Made by a program: the position numbers and the translations under genes. 64,000 bases of DNA from a bacterium (GTDB taxonomy: Bacteria > Myxococcota_A > Polyangia > HGW-17 > JAJRWW01). Location: assembly GCA_043825095.1 (NCBI GenBank), contig JBDRSE010000156.1:125309-189308 (forward strand). The letters run 5' to 3'. Positions within the stretch are counted from its first letter, which is position 1; each line of letters begins with the position of its first letter. Below are positions 49,973-59,995 of this stretch, piece after piece. The notes beneath the pieces are model-generated. The model was given only the letters and a program-made list of their open reading frames with translations. It was not told where the DNA came from and made no database searches.

Positions 49973-50986
49973 ATGAGTGTATTCGTTGCTTTCGTCGCAT
50001 TTCTGGTCGTCCTGGGCCTGGGATACGTCGGCGGGAAAGTGACCGGGCTGCACATGCTCTTCGGGATGGTCATCCCGTACGCGGCCTTCTTCATTTTCCT
50101 CGTCGGGGTGATCCTGCGCATCTACAAGTGGGCGCGGTCTCCGGTCCCCTTCCGGATTCCCACCACGAGTGGACAGCAGAAATCCCTGGACTGGATCAAG
50201 TCGAACAAGTTCGACAATCCGAGCTCCACCTGGGGCGTCATCGGGCGGATGCTCGCCGAGGTGCTGCTGTTCCGGTCGCTGTTTCGGAACACCAAGGCCG
50301 AGGTGCACGACGGGCCGCACGTGGCCTACGGATCGTCCAAGTGGCTCTGGATCGGCGCCATGGCGTTTCACTGGTGCTTCCTGATCATCTACCTGCGCCA
50401 CTTCCGGTTCTTCCTGGAGCCGGTCCCGCTGTTCGCGAGCTACATGGCCGACGTGGACGGCTGGCTGACCATCGGGATCCCGGCGATCTACCTCACCAAC
50501 ATCCTGATCGTGCTGGCCCTGTCCTATCTGCTGGTGCGGCGGCTGCTGAATCCCCAGGTCCGCATCATCTCGCTCCCGGCGGACTACTTCCCGCTGCTGC
50601 TCATCCTCGGGATCGTGCTCAGCGGCATGGCGATGCGGTACCTGGAGTGGTTCCGGGTGGACCTCATCAAGGTGAAGGAGTTGGCGCTGGGCCTCGTCGC
50701 CTTCAGCCCCACGGTGCCCAAGGGCATCGGGACGCCCTTCTACGTGCACCTGTTCCTGATCTCCGTGCTGCTGGTCTACTTCCCCTTCTCCAAGCTGATG
50801 CACGCCGGGGGCGTGTTCCTGAGTCCCACCCGGAACCTGGCGAACAACAACCGGTTCGTGCGGCACGTAAACCCCTGGAACCCGGCGGTGGAAGTGCACG
50901 AGTACGACCACTGGGAGCACGAGTACAAGGACAAGATCGTGGCCTGCGGCTTGCCGCTCGACAAACCGGCTGACGAGGAAGCATAA
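49973..50986 (+). CDS. dsrM: DsrM-type membrane cytochrome b (NarI/HdrE family)
   Basis: Five TM helices with conserved His; NarI-like. Confidence 0.75.
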   Translation: MSVFVAFVAFLVVLGLGYVGGKVTGLHMLFGMVIPYAAFFIFLVGVILRIYKWARSPVPFRIPTTSGQQKSLDWIKSNKFDNPSSTWGVIGRMLAEVLLFRSLFRNTKAEVHDGPHVAYGSSKWLWIGAMAFHWCFLIIYLRHFRFFLEPVPLFASYMADVDGWLTIGIPAIYLTNILIVLALSYLLVRRLLNPQVRIISLPADYFPLLLILGIVLSGMAMRYLEWFRVDLIKVKELALGLVAFSPTVPKGIGTPFYVHLFLISVLLVYFPFSKLMHAGGVFLSPTRNLANNNRFVRHVNPWNPAVEVHEYDHWEHEYKDKIVACGLPLDKPADEEA

Positions 50987-50989
50987 GCA

Positions 50990-52663
50990 ATGTCATCTGG
51001 ATTCCCCAAGAATTTCCCGGCGCCCGAAGATCTGGCGGCGGTGGATTTGGAAAAAAAGCACCTCAAGAACTGGATGGACCCGTCCGTCAACTTCGAGGGT
51101 CGGCGCGGCACCTGGTCCTACCCGGCCGCCGCCAAGAACCTCAGGTACCTGGGTCTGCCGAACCCGCGGGAGTGGTCCCCCACCGACGACGACTGGAAGC
51201 TGCCCGACAGGTGGCAAGACACCGTGCTCGACGGCATGGCCGACCGGCTCGAGCGGTTCCGCTCCTTCCAGGTGATGATGGACATCTGCGTGCGCTGCGG
51301 CGCCTGCGCGGACAAGTGCCACTTCTTCATCGGCTCCGGCGACCCGAAGAACATGCCGGTGCTCCGGGCGGAGCTGCTCCGGTCCATCTACCGGCGACAC
51401 TTCACCACCACGGGCAAGATCCTGAAGTCCCTGGCGGGTGGGCGGGAGCTCACCGCCGAGGTGATGAAGGAGTGGTACTACTACTTCTTCCAGTGCACCG
51501 AGTGCCGCCGCTGCTCGGTGTTCTGTCCCTACGGCATCGACACCGCCGAGGTGACGATGATCGCCCGAGAGCTGATGAACCTCATCGGGCTGAACATCAA
51601 CTGGGTGCTCGAGCCGGCGGCCAACTGCCAGCGCACGGGCAACCACCTCGGCATCGAGCCCCACGCCTTCGTGGACAACATCGACTTCTTCTTGGACGAG
51701 ATCGAGGAGAACACCGGGTTTCGCCCCGAGGTGCCCATCAACAAAAAGGGCGCCGACGTGCTCTTCGTCACGCCTTCGGGCGACATCTTTGCCGATCCGG
51801 CGATCTACACCCTCATGGGCTACTTCCTGCTCTTCGACTTCCTGAAAAAGGAGCACGGGTTCAACTGGACCATGAGCGCCTACGCGTCCGAGGGCGGCAA
51901 CTTCGGCCTGTTCACCTCCAACGAGATGATCAAGCGGCTCAACGCCAAGATGTACCGCGAGGCGGACCGGCTCGGCGTGAAGTGGATCCTGGGCGGCGAG
52001 TGTGGCCACATGTGGCGGGTGGTCAACCAGTACATGGACACCATGAACGGCCCGGCCCCGTCGAAGATGATCGTCCCGAAGTCGCCCTTCACGCCGACCA
52101 TCTTCGAAAACGCCGCGTCCACGAAGATGGTGCACATCACCGAGTTCACCGCGGACCTGATCAAGCACAACATGCTGCCGCTGGACCCGTCCCGGAACGA
52201 CCGGTACCGGGTCACCTTCCACGACTCCTGTAACCCGGCCCGCGGCATGGGCCTGTTCGAGGAGCCGCGGTACATCCTGCGGAACGTCTGCAACAACTAC
52301 TGGGACATGCCGGAGTCCACCATCCGCGAGAACACCTTCTGCTGCGGGGGCGGCGCCGGCCTGGGCAACGACGAGAACTTCGAGATGCGCATGCGGGGTG
52401 GCCTGCCCCGGGGCAACGCCGTCAAGTACGTGCGGGACAAGCACGGCGTGAACCTGCTCACCTGCGTCTGCGCCATCGACAAGGCCACGCTGGTGCCGGT
52501 GTGCGACTACTGGGCCGAGGGCGTGGGCGTGGCCGGGATCCACGAGCTGGTGGCCAACGCCCTGGTGTTCAAGAAGGGCGAAGAGCGGAAGCTGAACCTG
52601 CGCGGCGAGCCCCTCAAGGACGAGGAAGAGGCAGCAGCAGAGACGGAGGGCAATGATGCCTGA
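50990..52663 (+). CDS. dsrK: DsrK-type iron-sulfur protein (HdrD family, CCG domain)
   Basis: CVRCGACADKCHF and CTECRRCSVFCPYGI 4Fe-4S motifs, C-terminal CCGGGAG CCG domain. Confidence 0.8.
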   Translation: MSSGFPKNFPAPEDLAAVDLEKKHLKNWMDPSVNFEGRRGTWSYPAAAKNLRYLGLPNPREWSPTDDDWKLPDRWQDTVLDGMADRLERFRSFQVMMDICVRCGACADKCHFFIGSGDPKNMPVLRAELLRSIYRRHFTTTGKILKSLAGGRELTAEVMKEWYYYFFQCTECRRCSVFCPYGIDTAEVTMIARELMNLIGLNINWVLEPAANCQRTGNHLGIEPHAFVDNIDFFLDEIEENTGFRPEVPINKKGADVLFVTPSGDIFADPAIYTLMGYFLLFDFLKKEHGFNWTMSAYASEGGNFGLFTSNEMIKRLNAKMYREADRLGVKWILGGECGHMWRVVNQYMDTMNGPAPSKMIVPKSPFTPTIFENAASTKMVHITEFTADLIKHNMLPLDPSRNDRYRVTFHDSCNPARGMGLFEEPRYILRNVCNNYWDMPESTIRENTFCCGGGAGLGNDENFEMRMRGGLPRGNAVKYVRDKHGVNLLTCVCAIDKATLVPVCDYWAEGVGVAGIHELVANALVFKKGEERKLNLRGEPLKDEEEAAAETEGNDA

Positions 52664-53234
52664 AGACAAGAAGTCGGAGACGGCGGAGAAGCCGGAGACG
52701 GCGGAGAAGACCGAGAAGGCGAAGAAGGCGGCGGAGTACAAGCCGCACGTCTACAAGTATCCGCCCACGGAGCAGGCCAGGTCCGACATGCCCATGGTCT
52801 TTTTCGGGCTGCTGGTCTTCGTCGGGCTGATGCTGGCGGCCACCGTTGGCAATCGGGTCCTCCACAAGTTCAAGCAAAAGCCCGTGCTGGAGCTGCCCAA
52901 GCACGAGAAGAACTGCGTCCGGGACGTCCAGTTCATGCGCGAGAACCACATGAAGCTGCTCAACGACTGGCGGGACCAGGTGGTGCGCACGGGCGTCCGG
53001 TTCGAGCAGATCCCCCGGCGGGACGACCACGGCAAGGTCCTCAAGGACGGCCAAGGCAAGATCGTGCACCAGAAGATCGAGCGGAGCCTGACCAAGACCT
53101 GCCTGCGGTGCCACGACAACCCCCGGGCGTTCTGCGACCGGTGTCACGAGTACGCCGGCGTCACGAAGAAGGGCGGCCTGCTGGGTTGTTTTTCCTGCCA
53201 CATCCAGCCGAACCCCAAACCCGCGCGGAGATAA
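52653..53234 (+). CDS. dsrJ: DsrJ-type triheme cytochrome c
   Basis: Three CxxCH motifs (CLRCH, CDRCH, CFSCH); N-terminal TM/signal; RBS gacggaggg. Confidence 0.7.
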   Translation: MMPEDKKSETAEKPETAEKTEKAKKAAEYKPHVYKYPPTEQARSDMPMVFFGLLVFVGLMLAATVGNRVLHKFKQKPVLELPKHEKNCVRDVQFMRENHMKLLNDWRDQVVRTGVRFEQIPRRDDHGKVLKDGQGKIVHQKIERSLTKTCLRCHDNPRAFCDRCHEYAGVTKKGGLLGCFSCHIQPNPKPARR

Positions 53235-53237
53235 CCC

Positions 53238-54005
53238 ATGGACAGTGGAAAGAGAAATTTCCTGAAGATCGCCGGGCTGACCGCGGTGGGCGGGTACGTG
53301 GGCGTCAGGGCCGTGGGGGCCATCGCCGCGGGGCCCCAGAAGGCCAAGCAGACGCTGGCGCTCGTCATCGACACGCGCAAGTGCAAGGGCGACTGCCCGG
53401 ACTGCATCACGGCGTGCCACCGCGAGCACAACGTGCCCGAGCGGCACAACCCCAATTTCAAGCCCCCGGGGCCGTCTGCCAAGCAGGCCATCAAGTGGAT
53501 CTGGGTGGACACCTTTGCCGGCGCCTTCCACGAGCAGATCCACCAGCGTACGGGCAGGCGCAAGGACCCCTTGCTCGTGCTGTGCAACCACTGCGACGAT
53601 CCTCCCTGCACCCGGGTCTGTCCCACCAAGGCGACCTGGAAGCGGGAGCAGGACGGCATCATCACCATCGACATGCACCGCTGCATCGGCTGCCGGTTCT
53701 GCATGGCGGCGTGCCCCTACGGCTCCCGGTCCTTCAACTTCCACGACCCCCGCAAGTCGCTCAAGAGCGTCACGCCGGGGTTCCCCACCCGCACCCTCGG
53801 GGTGGTGGAGAAGTGCAACTTCTGCGAGGAGCGGCTCGAACGGGGTCTGCAGCCGGCCTGCGTGGAAGCCTGTGAGAAGAAGGCGATGTCCTTCGGTGAT
53901 CTGAACGACGACAAGTCGCCGGCTTCGGTGGCCCTCAAGGGCAACTTCACCATAACCCGCAAACCGCACCTCGGGACCGGTCCCGAGGTGTACTACATTC
54001 TGTGA
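53238..54005 (+). CDS. dsrO: DsrO-type periplasmic 4x[4Fe-4S] ferredoxin (Tat-like signal)
   Basis: KRNFLKIAGLTAVGG Tat-like signal; four Cys clusters typical of PsrB/DsrO. Confidence 0.75.
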   Translation: MDSGKRNFLKIAGLTAVGGYVGVRAVGAIAAGPQKAKQTLALVIDTRKCKGDCPDCITACHREHNVPERHNPNFKPPGPSAKQAIKWIWVDTFAGAFHEQIHQRTGRRKDPLLVLCNHCDDPPCTRVCPTKATWKREQDGIITIDMHRCIGCRFCMAACPYGSRSFNFHDPRKSLKSVTPGFPTRTLGVVEKCNFCEERLERGLQPACVEACEKKAMSFGDLNDDKSPASVALKGNFTITRKPHLGTGPEVYYIL

Positions 54006-54012
54006 GGCGCCA

Positions 54013-55164
54013 ATGCTCGAGAAAGCGTTAACCGGTAGCAAGCGGTATTGGGCCTGGATCTTCCTGCTGCTCTGCCTGTGCGGCATGGGCGGCGGCCTGT
54101 GGCTGTATCAGCTCAACGAAGGGCTGGGCGTCACGGGCCTGAACCGGGACGTGTCCTGGGGCCTGTACATCGCCCAGTTCACCTTCCTGGTCGGAGTGGC
54201 CGCCTCGGCGGTGATGGTGGTCCTGCCCTACTACCTCCACGACTACAAGGAGTTCGGGAAGATCACCATTCTGGGTGAGTTCCTGGCCATCCCGGCCTGC
54301 ATCATGTGCATGGCGTTCATCGTCGTGGACATGGGCCGGCCCGACCGCGTCGTGTACATGTTCATGCACGCCTCGCCCAACTCGGTCATGTTCTGGGACA
54401 CCGTGGTGCTCAGCGGCTACCTGGGCCTGAACATCGTGATCGGCTGGACCATGCTCACCTCGGAGCGCAAGGGCGTGCCCGCGCCGAAGTGGGTCAAGCC
54501 CCTGATTTACCTGTCCATCCCCTGGGCCGTCTCGATCCACACGGTGACGGCGTTCCTGTATCAGGGCCTGCCCGGCCGGGGCTTCTGGATGACCGCCATC
54601 ATGGCGCCGCGCTTCCTGGCCTCGGCCTTTGCCGCGGGTCCGTCCTTTTTGATCCTGATGTGTCTGCTGGTGCGGCGCTTCACCAAGTTCGATCCGGGTG
54701 ACAACGCCCTGCGCAAGCTCGGCCAGATCGTGACCTACGCCATGTTCATCAGCGTGTTCTTCTTCCTGATGGAGGTGTTCACGACCTACTACTCGAACAT
54801 CCCGGAGCACAAGCACCACTTCTACTACCTGTTCCGGGCCGGCCCCTGGTGGCTGCTCGCCGCGATGTGGGGCTTTGCCGCGCTGGCGGTGATCGGGCTG
54901 GTGATCATGGTCAATCCCCGCACCCGCAACCACATCCCCACCCTCGCGGTGGGCGCGGGCTGCGTTTTCGCGGCCAGCTGGTTGGAGAAGGGCCTCGGGC
55001 TCGTCATCGGCGGGCTCACGCCGAACCCCATGGGAAAATACACGGTCTACACGCCCACCCTCGTGGAGATCGGCATCGCCGTGGCCGTGTGGTCCTTTGG
55101 GATGCTCATCCTGACCGTGCTGTACAAGGTCGCCACCGGCGTCAAGGAAGAGCAGGCCGCGTAG
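54013..55164 (+). CDS. dsrP: DsrP-type NrfD/PsrC-family integral membrane protein
   Basis: ~10 TM helices, NrfD-family. Confidence 0.75.
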   Translation: MLEKALTGSKRYWAWIFLLLCLCGMGGGLWLYQLNEGLGVTGLNRDVSWGLYIAQFTFLVGVAASAVMVVLPYYLHDYKEFGKITILGEFLAIPACIMCMAFIVVDMGRPDRVVYMFMHASPNSVMFWDTVVLSGYLGLNIVIGWTMLTSERKGVPAPKWVKPLIYLSIPWAVSIHTVTAFLYQGLPGRGFWMTAIMAPRFLASAFAAGPSFLILMCLLVRRFTKFDPGDNALRKLGQIVTYAMFISVFFFLMEVFTTYYSNIPEHKHHFYYLFRAGPWWLLAAMWGFAALAVIGLVIMVNPRTRNHIPTLAVGAGCVFAASWLEKGLGLVIGGLTPNPMGKYTVYTPTLVEIGIAVAVWSFGMLILTVLYKVATGVKEEQAA

Positions 55165-55840
55165 CCTGGGCGCTCAAAACCACCCGCTCCCTCCTCTCTC
55201 TCTGTTTCAGTCTGTCCAGGGCGCCGCCGTCGATGCGGTGGATCGTCCAGTCGACCAGGGGCTTGGCGGGCTCGCGTAGAAGTTGATGGCCGGCTGGTTC
55301 CAGTCGAGCACCGCGAGCTCCAAAAACGGATCGGATCCACACAACTCGGGACCTGTGAGATCCCCTGGAACGCGTGGGAGCACCGGTGGCGGATCCGCGG
55401 GGGCCCCGCCCGATGACCCGGGCTGACCTACGGATGGGCGCGAGAGATGATCCTTTCGAATCACTGAGCTTGCGGAGCAATAGCTTCGGGAATCTGACTA
55501 TGAGAAACAGGTGTTTATCACGATGCAATCATCGGAATATTTGCGCATGGCAGATGGTAGACATCCCTGGAAAACACCGATGCCGGAATTGGCTGAGCAG
55601 GCCCCTCTCAGGCCCGATCCTGGCCGCTGTTCCCAGGTCGTGAGTTGCAGATTTTCACTGAGAATGGAACGCAAAAAGCGTGGTTTCGAGCCTCGATTTT
55701 CAGGGCACAATCCTGCGATTTTCCAGGTGATTGCCAGGATCTTCGTCAGTGGCTGGGCGCAAAGAAAACACCTGTTTTTATAGAGTATTTTCTCTGTTAG
55801 GCGCGACTCATTAAACTGCTCTTCGGAGAGCAAGTTTCTC

Positions 55841-55869
55841 TTGACACGCTGCATTGCGCTTGTTACCAA
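55841..55869 (+). promoter_or_regulatory. Sigma70-like promoter TTGACA-N17-TACCAA upstream of dsrC
   Basis: tcTTGACAcgctgcattgcgcttgtTACCAAgc; same architecture as 49281-49309. Confidence 0.4.
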
Positions 55870-56013
55870 GCAGTACACAAGTTGAAAAGACAATCGGTTT
55901 GCCCGTGAAGACAGTCACGACCTTTCGGTGCGGCGCGACTGGGTGGTAGCGCGGCGGACTAGAATTCAGCACCGGGTGGAAAAACGTTTCGGAGAATTCT
56001 GGAGGCCTTTCAC

Positions 56014-56331
56014 ATGCCTATGTTCGAGCAGGGTGACGTCAAGATCGAAGTCGATGAAGATGGATTCATCGTCAACCCCGACGATTGGAGCGAAGCAGTT
56101 GCAGCCGCGCTCGCCGGTGGCGAGGGCGTCGACGAGCTCACCGAAGAGCACTGGAAGGTGATGAACTACCTCCGTGACTACTATCAGAAGTTCGGTGTGG
56201 CTCCTATGATCCGCAAGCTCTGTAAGGAAACCGGTTTCCCGCTCAAGAGGATCTATGATCTGTTCCCCAGCGGGCCTGCGAAGGGTGCCTGCAAGCTGGC
56301 TGGACTTCCCAAGCCCACCGGTTGCGTCTGA
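56014..56331 (+). CDS. dsrC: DsrC (TusE/DsrC/DsvC family) with both C-terminal arm cysteines
   Basis: ...KGACKLAGLPKPTGCV C-terminus; RBS ctggagg. Confidence 0.85.
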   Translation: MPMFEQGDVKIEVDEDGFIVNPDDWSEAVAAALAGGEGVDELTEEHWKVMNYLRDYYQKFGVAPMIRKLCKETGFPLKRIYDLFPSGPAKGACKLAGLPKPTGCV

Positions 56332-56515
56332 TCCGGAGACCCGGTTGTACTCCTTCGCGGCGATCGGGCGACCGCATCGCCATCACCGTCGCTTTTCCCC
56401 TTTGCCCGTAACGAAACGCTGCGGCGGCGATTTGTCGCGCCGAGGGGCGTGGTGCGCGTGGAGTGTCACCTGAGCCAAGTTATCAACCACTGGGAGTCCC
56501 CCTAAGGAGTAGCCT

Positions 56516-57751
56516 GTGATGAGCCAAGCCGAGAGCAAACCGATTCTGGTTGTTGGCGGCGGAGTGAGCGGCATCAGCACCGCGCTGGAGCTGAGCGAGT
56601 TCGGCCGGCCGGTGATTCTCGTCGAGAAGGAGCCCTTTCTCGGCGGGAAGGTGGCCGCCTTCAACAAGTACTTTCCCAAGCTCTGTCCGCCCACCTGCGG
56701 GCTGGAGATCAACTACAAGCGTCTCCGGAAAAACGCGAATGTCACCGTGCACACCATGGCGCAGGTGACGCAGGTCAAAGGCGAGGCGGGCAGCTACGAG
56801 GTCACGATCGAGGTGCAGCCGCGCTTCGTAAACGACCGCTGCACCGCCTGCGGCGACTGCGCCGAGGCGTGCGCGGCGGAGCGCGAGGACACCTTCAATC
56901 AGGGCCTCGGCAAGACCAAGGCGATCTACACCGCGGGGAACATGGCGTACCCGAACCGGTTCGTGCTGGACCGGGCCGCCTGCGCCGAGGGGGATCTGGC
57001 CAAGATCAAGGACGCGTGCAAGTTCGGCGCGGTGGACCTAGACCAGACTGCGCAGACCCTGACCGAGCAGGTGGGGGCCATCGTCTGGGCCACGGGGTGG
57101 AGCTCCTACGACGTGTCCAAGGTGGAGTACCTCGGCTTCGGCAGGCTCCCCGACGTGATCACGAACCTGATGATGGAGCGGCTGGCCGACAACAGCGGGC
57201 CCACGGGAGGGAAGCTGTTACGGCCGTCGGACGGCAAGGAGGTCGAGAGCGTGGCCTTCGTGCAGTGCGCCGGCTCCCGGGACGTCAACCACCTGGCCTA
57301 TTGCTCCGGTGTCTGCTGCCTGGCCTCGCTCAAGCAGATCAACTATGTGCGGCAGGCGGCTCCGAACGCGAAGATCTACATGTTCCACATCGACGTGCGG
57401 GCCGGCAAGTACGAGGAGTTCTACACTCGGGTGTGTGGCGAACAGAACGTGGAGATCATCAAGGGCAAGGTCGCGGGCATCTTCCCCGAGGGCGACAAGC
57501 TGCGGCTGCAGGTGGAGAACATCGAGTCCGGGGAGTCGCTCAAGGTCGACGTGGACCTGGCGGTGCTGGCCACCGGCATCGTGCCCAACACGGCCGAGCT
57601 GCCTTTTGAGGGCACCAGGGACGACTACGGCTTTCTGATGCTCGACCCGACGAGCGGGATGATCCCCACCGGGTGCGTGCGTCGGCCGGCCGACGTCTCC
57701 ACCGTGGTGCAGGACGCAACCGGAGCCGCCATGCGGGCTCTCAGCCTTTGA
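56516..57751 (+). CDS. qmoA: QmoA-like FAD flavoprotein (HdrA family)
   Basis: FAD-binding ILVVGGGVSGISTALEL; RBS aaggagt; possible ATG at 56519. Confidence 0.75.
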   Translation: MMSQAESKPILVVGGGVSGISTALELSEFGRPVILVEKEPFLGGKVAAFNKYFPKLCPPTCGLEINYKRLRKNANVTVHTMAQVTQVKGEAGSYEVTIEVQPRFVNDRCTACGDCAEACAAEREDTFNQGLGKTKAIYTAGNMAYPNRFVLDRAACAEGDLAKIKDACKFGAVDLDQTAQTLTEQVGAIVWATGWSSYDVSKVEYLGFGRLPDVITNLMMERLADNSGPTGGKLLRPSDGKEVESVAFVQCAGSRDVNHLAYCSGVCCLASLKQINYVRQAAPNAKIYMFHIDVRAGKYEEFYTRVCGEQNVEIIKGKVAGIFPEGDKLRLQVENIESGESLKVDVDLAVLATGIVPNTAELPFEGTRDDYGFLMLDPTSGMIPTGCVRRPADVSTVVQDATGAAMRALSL

Positions 57752-57765
57752 GTAGAGGTACCCCA

Positions 57766-59961
57766 ATGGACAAAAAGCTAGGAGTGTACATCTGCACCGG
57801 ATGCGGCATCGGCGACGCCCTCGACATCGAGGCGGTGGCCAAGATCGCGACCAGCGATGGCAAGGCCGCGCTCTGTAAAAACCATGAATACCTGTGCGGC
57901 GAGGAGGGCCGCGCGCTCATCCAGGGGGACTTAGACAGCGAGTCCCTGGACGTGGTCGCCGTGGCTGCGTGCTCCATGCGCGAGAAGCAGCGGGAGTTCC
58001 AGTTCGGCAACGCCTGGGTGGAGCGGATCAACTTCCGTGAGCACCTGGCCTGGTGTCACGAGCCCAACGACGAGGACACCCAGTGGCTGGCCGAGGACTA
58101 CCTGCGGATGCTCGGCGCCCGGGTGGCCGTGACGTCGAAACCGGAGCCGCACGTCGAGGAGATGACGGATCGGCTGCTCGTGGTCGGCGGCGGAGTCAGC
58201 GGCCTGAATGCGGCCCTTTTCGCGGCCGAGGCGGGCCGCGAGGTGGTGCTGGTGGAGAAGGAGGACGCCCTGGGCGGCTTCCTCAGGCGCGTGCACAAGA
58301 AGTTTCCGGTCTCGCCACCCTACGAGGAACTCGAGGACAACGACATCGCGGACACCGTGGCCGCCGTGGAGGGCCACGGCAAGATCACGGTCTACAAGTC
58401 TTCCACTCTGGGCAAAGTCAACGGAGCTCCGGGCCGCTTCGAGGTGACCATCGAGGGCGCCGGCGCCAGCGAAACGGTGGGCTCCATCGTCGTGGCGGCC
58501 GGGTTCCAGCCCTACGACGTGTCCAAGGTCGCCAACCTGGGCTACGGCACCGTCAAGGACGTCGTGACCTCGGTAGAGCTGGAGGACATGGCCCGGGAGG
58601 GCAAGCTCACCCGGCCCTCGGACGACGGCGACCTCGAGACCGTGGTGTTCATCCAGTGCGCCGGCTCCCGGGACGCGGATCACCTGCCCTACTGCTCCAC
58701 GACCTGCTGCGCCGTGTCGCTCAAGCAGACGCAGTACATCCGGGACGCCAACGACGAGGCCAAGACCTACGTCCTGTACAAGGACATCCGGACCCCGGGA
58801 CAGTGGGAGACTTTCTATCAGAGCGTGCAGAAGAAGGGCACGCTCTTCGTGAAGGCCGAGATCACGTCCGTGGAGGCCGGGGACGACGGCGGCGCGGTGG
58901 TCCTGGCCCGCGATCTGCTGCTGGGCGAGGACATCGAGATCGAGTGCGACCTGGTGGTCCTGGCCGTGGGCCAGCAGACCACGGTGCTGGATCAGAAGGT
59001 CCTGAACCTGGGATATCGGCAGGGCCCCGAGCTGCCGGCGCTGGGCGAGAAGGTCCAGCTCACCGAGGGCGAGGGCGAAGCTGCGCAGGAGGTGGCCCGG
59101 GTGGACCAGCCCACGGGCGGCTTCCCCAATTCCCACTTCATCTGCTTCCCCTACGAGAGTCGGCGCACGGGCATCTACGCCGCCGGCTCGGTGCGTCAGC
59201 CCATGGACACCGCCTCCGCGGCGGACGACGCGGCGGGCGCCGCCTTCCAGGCCCTCAAGTCAGTGAAGCTGGGCGGTGAGGGCAAAGCCGTGCACCCGCG
59301 GGTGGGCGACGTCTCGTGGCCCGACTTCGCGCTGCAGCGGTGCACCCAGTGCAAGCGCTGCACCGAGGAGTGCCCCTTCGGCGCGCTGGACGAGGACGAG
59401 AAGGGCACGCCGAAGCCGAACCCGACCCGCTGTCGGCGGTGCGGCGTCTGCATGGGCGCGTGCCCGGAGCGGATCGTCAACTTTGCCGACTACTCCGTGC
59501 AGTCCATCAACTCGATGATCAAGGGCATCAACGTGCCCGAGGAGTGGGAGGAGAAGCCCTGCGTGCTGTGCCTGATGTGCGAGAACGACGCCTACCCGGC
59601 GCTGGACATCGTGGGCACCCAGCGGCTGAAGTACTCACCCTTCGTGCGCTTCGTCCAGATGCGCTGCCTCGGCGGGCTGAACCTCCAGTGGATCGCCGAC
59701 TCCATGGCCAAGGGCTTCGACGGCGTGCTGCTGCTGGGGTGCAAGGCCGGGGACGACTACCAGTGCCACTTCATCCAGGGGAGCGAGCTGGCCCAGATCC
59801 GGCTCAGCAAGGTGGCCGAGACCCTGGATCGGCTGATGCTGGAGTCGGACCGCGTGGAGTACCACGAGGTGGAGATTGACAACTACGGGGCCATGCCGAA
59901 GATCATCGATGACTTCTTGGCGAAGCTCGAGGCGCTCGGTCCCAACCCGTTCAAGGATTAG
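57766..59961 (+). CDS. qmoB: QmoB-like flavoprotein (HdrA family with 2x[4Fe-4S] and C-terminal MvhD-like domain)
   Basis: LLVVGGGVSGLNAA FAD site; CTQCKRCTEECPFG and CRRCGVCMGACPER clusters; C-terminal MRCLGGLNLQWIADSMAKGFDGVLLLGC MvhD-like. Confidence 0.75.
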   Translation: MDKKLGVYICTGCGIGDALDIEAVAKIATSDGKAALCKNHEYLCGEEGRALIQGDLDSESLDVVAVAACSMREKQREFQFGNAWVERINFREHLAWCHEPNDEDTQWLAEDYLRMLGARVAVTSKPEPHVEEMTDRLLVVGGGVSGLNAALFAAEAGREVVLVEKEDALGGFLRRVHKKFPVSPPYEELEDNDIADTVAAVEGHGKITVYKSSTLGKVNGAPGRFEVTIEGAGASETVGSIVVAAGFQPYDVSKVANLGYGTVKDVVTSVELEDMAREGKLTRPSDDGDLETVVFIQCAGSRDADHLPYCSTTCCAVSLKQTQYIRDANDEAKTYVLYKDIRTPGQWETFYQSVQKKGTLFVKAEITSVEAGDDGGAVVLARDLLLGEDIEIECDLVVLAVGQQTTVLDQKVLNLGYRQGPELPALGEKVQLTEGEGEAAQEVARVDQPTGGFPNSHFICFPYESRRTGIYAAGSVRQPMDTASAADDAAGAAFQALKSVKLGGEGKAVHPRVGDVSWPDFALQRCTQCKRCTEECPFGALDEDEKGTPKPNPTRCRRCGVCMGACPERIVNFADYSVQSINSMIKGINVPEEWEEKPCVLCLMCENDAYPALDIVGTQRLKYSPFVRFVQMRCLGGLNLQWIADSMAKGFDGVLLLGCKAGDDYQCHFIQGSELAQIRLSKVAETLDRLMLESDRVEYHEVEIDNYGAMPKIIDDFLAKLEALGPNPFKD

Positions 59962-59995
59962 GATTCCCTAACCCTAGGAACCATCGAGGTCGAAC

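Noticed and set aside
55511-55783. 90-aa ORF inside the inverted-repeat-bounded low-GC element
   Set aside because: The ORF exactly fills the IR-bounded element, has no RBS and no homology. It is more likely non-coding (MITE or RNA).
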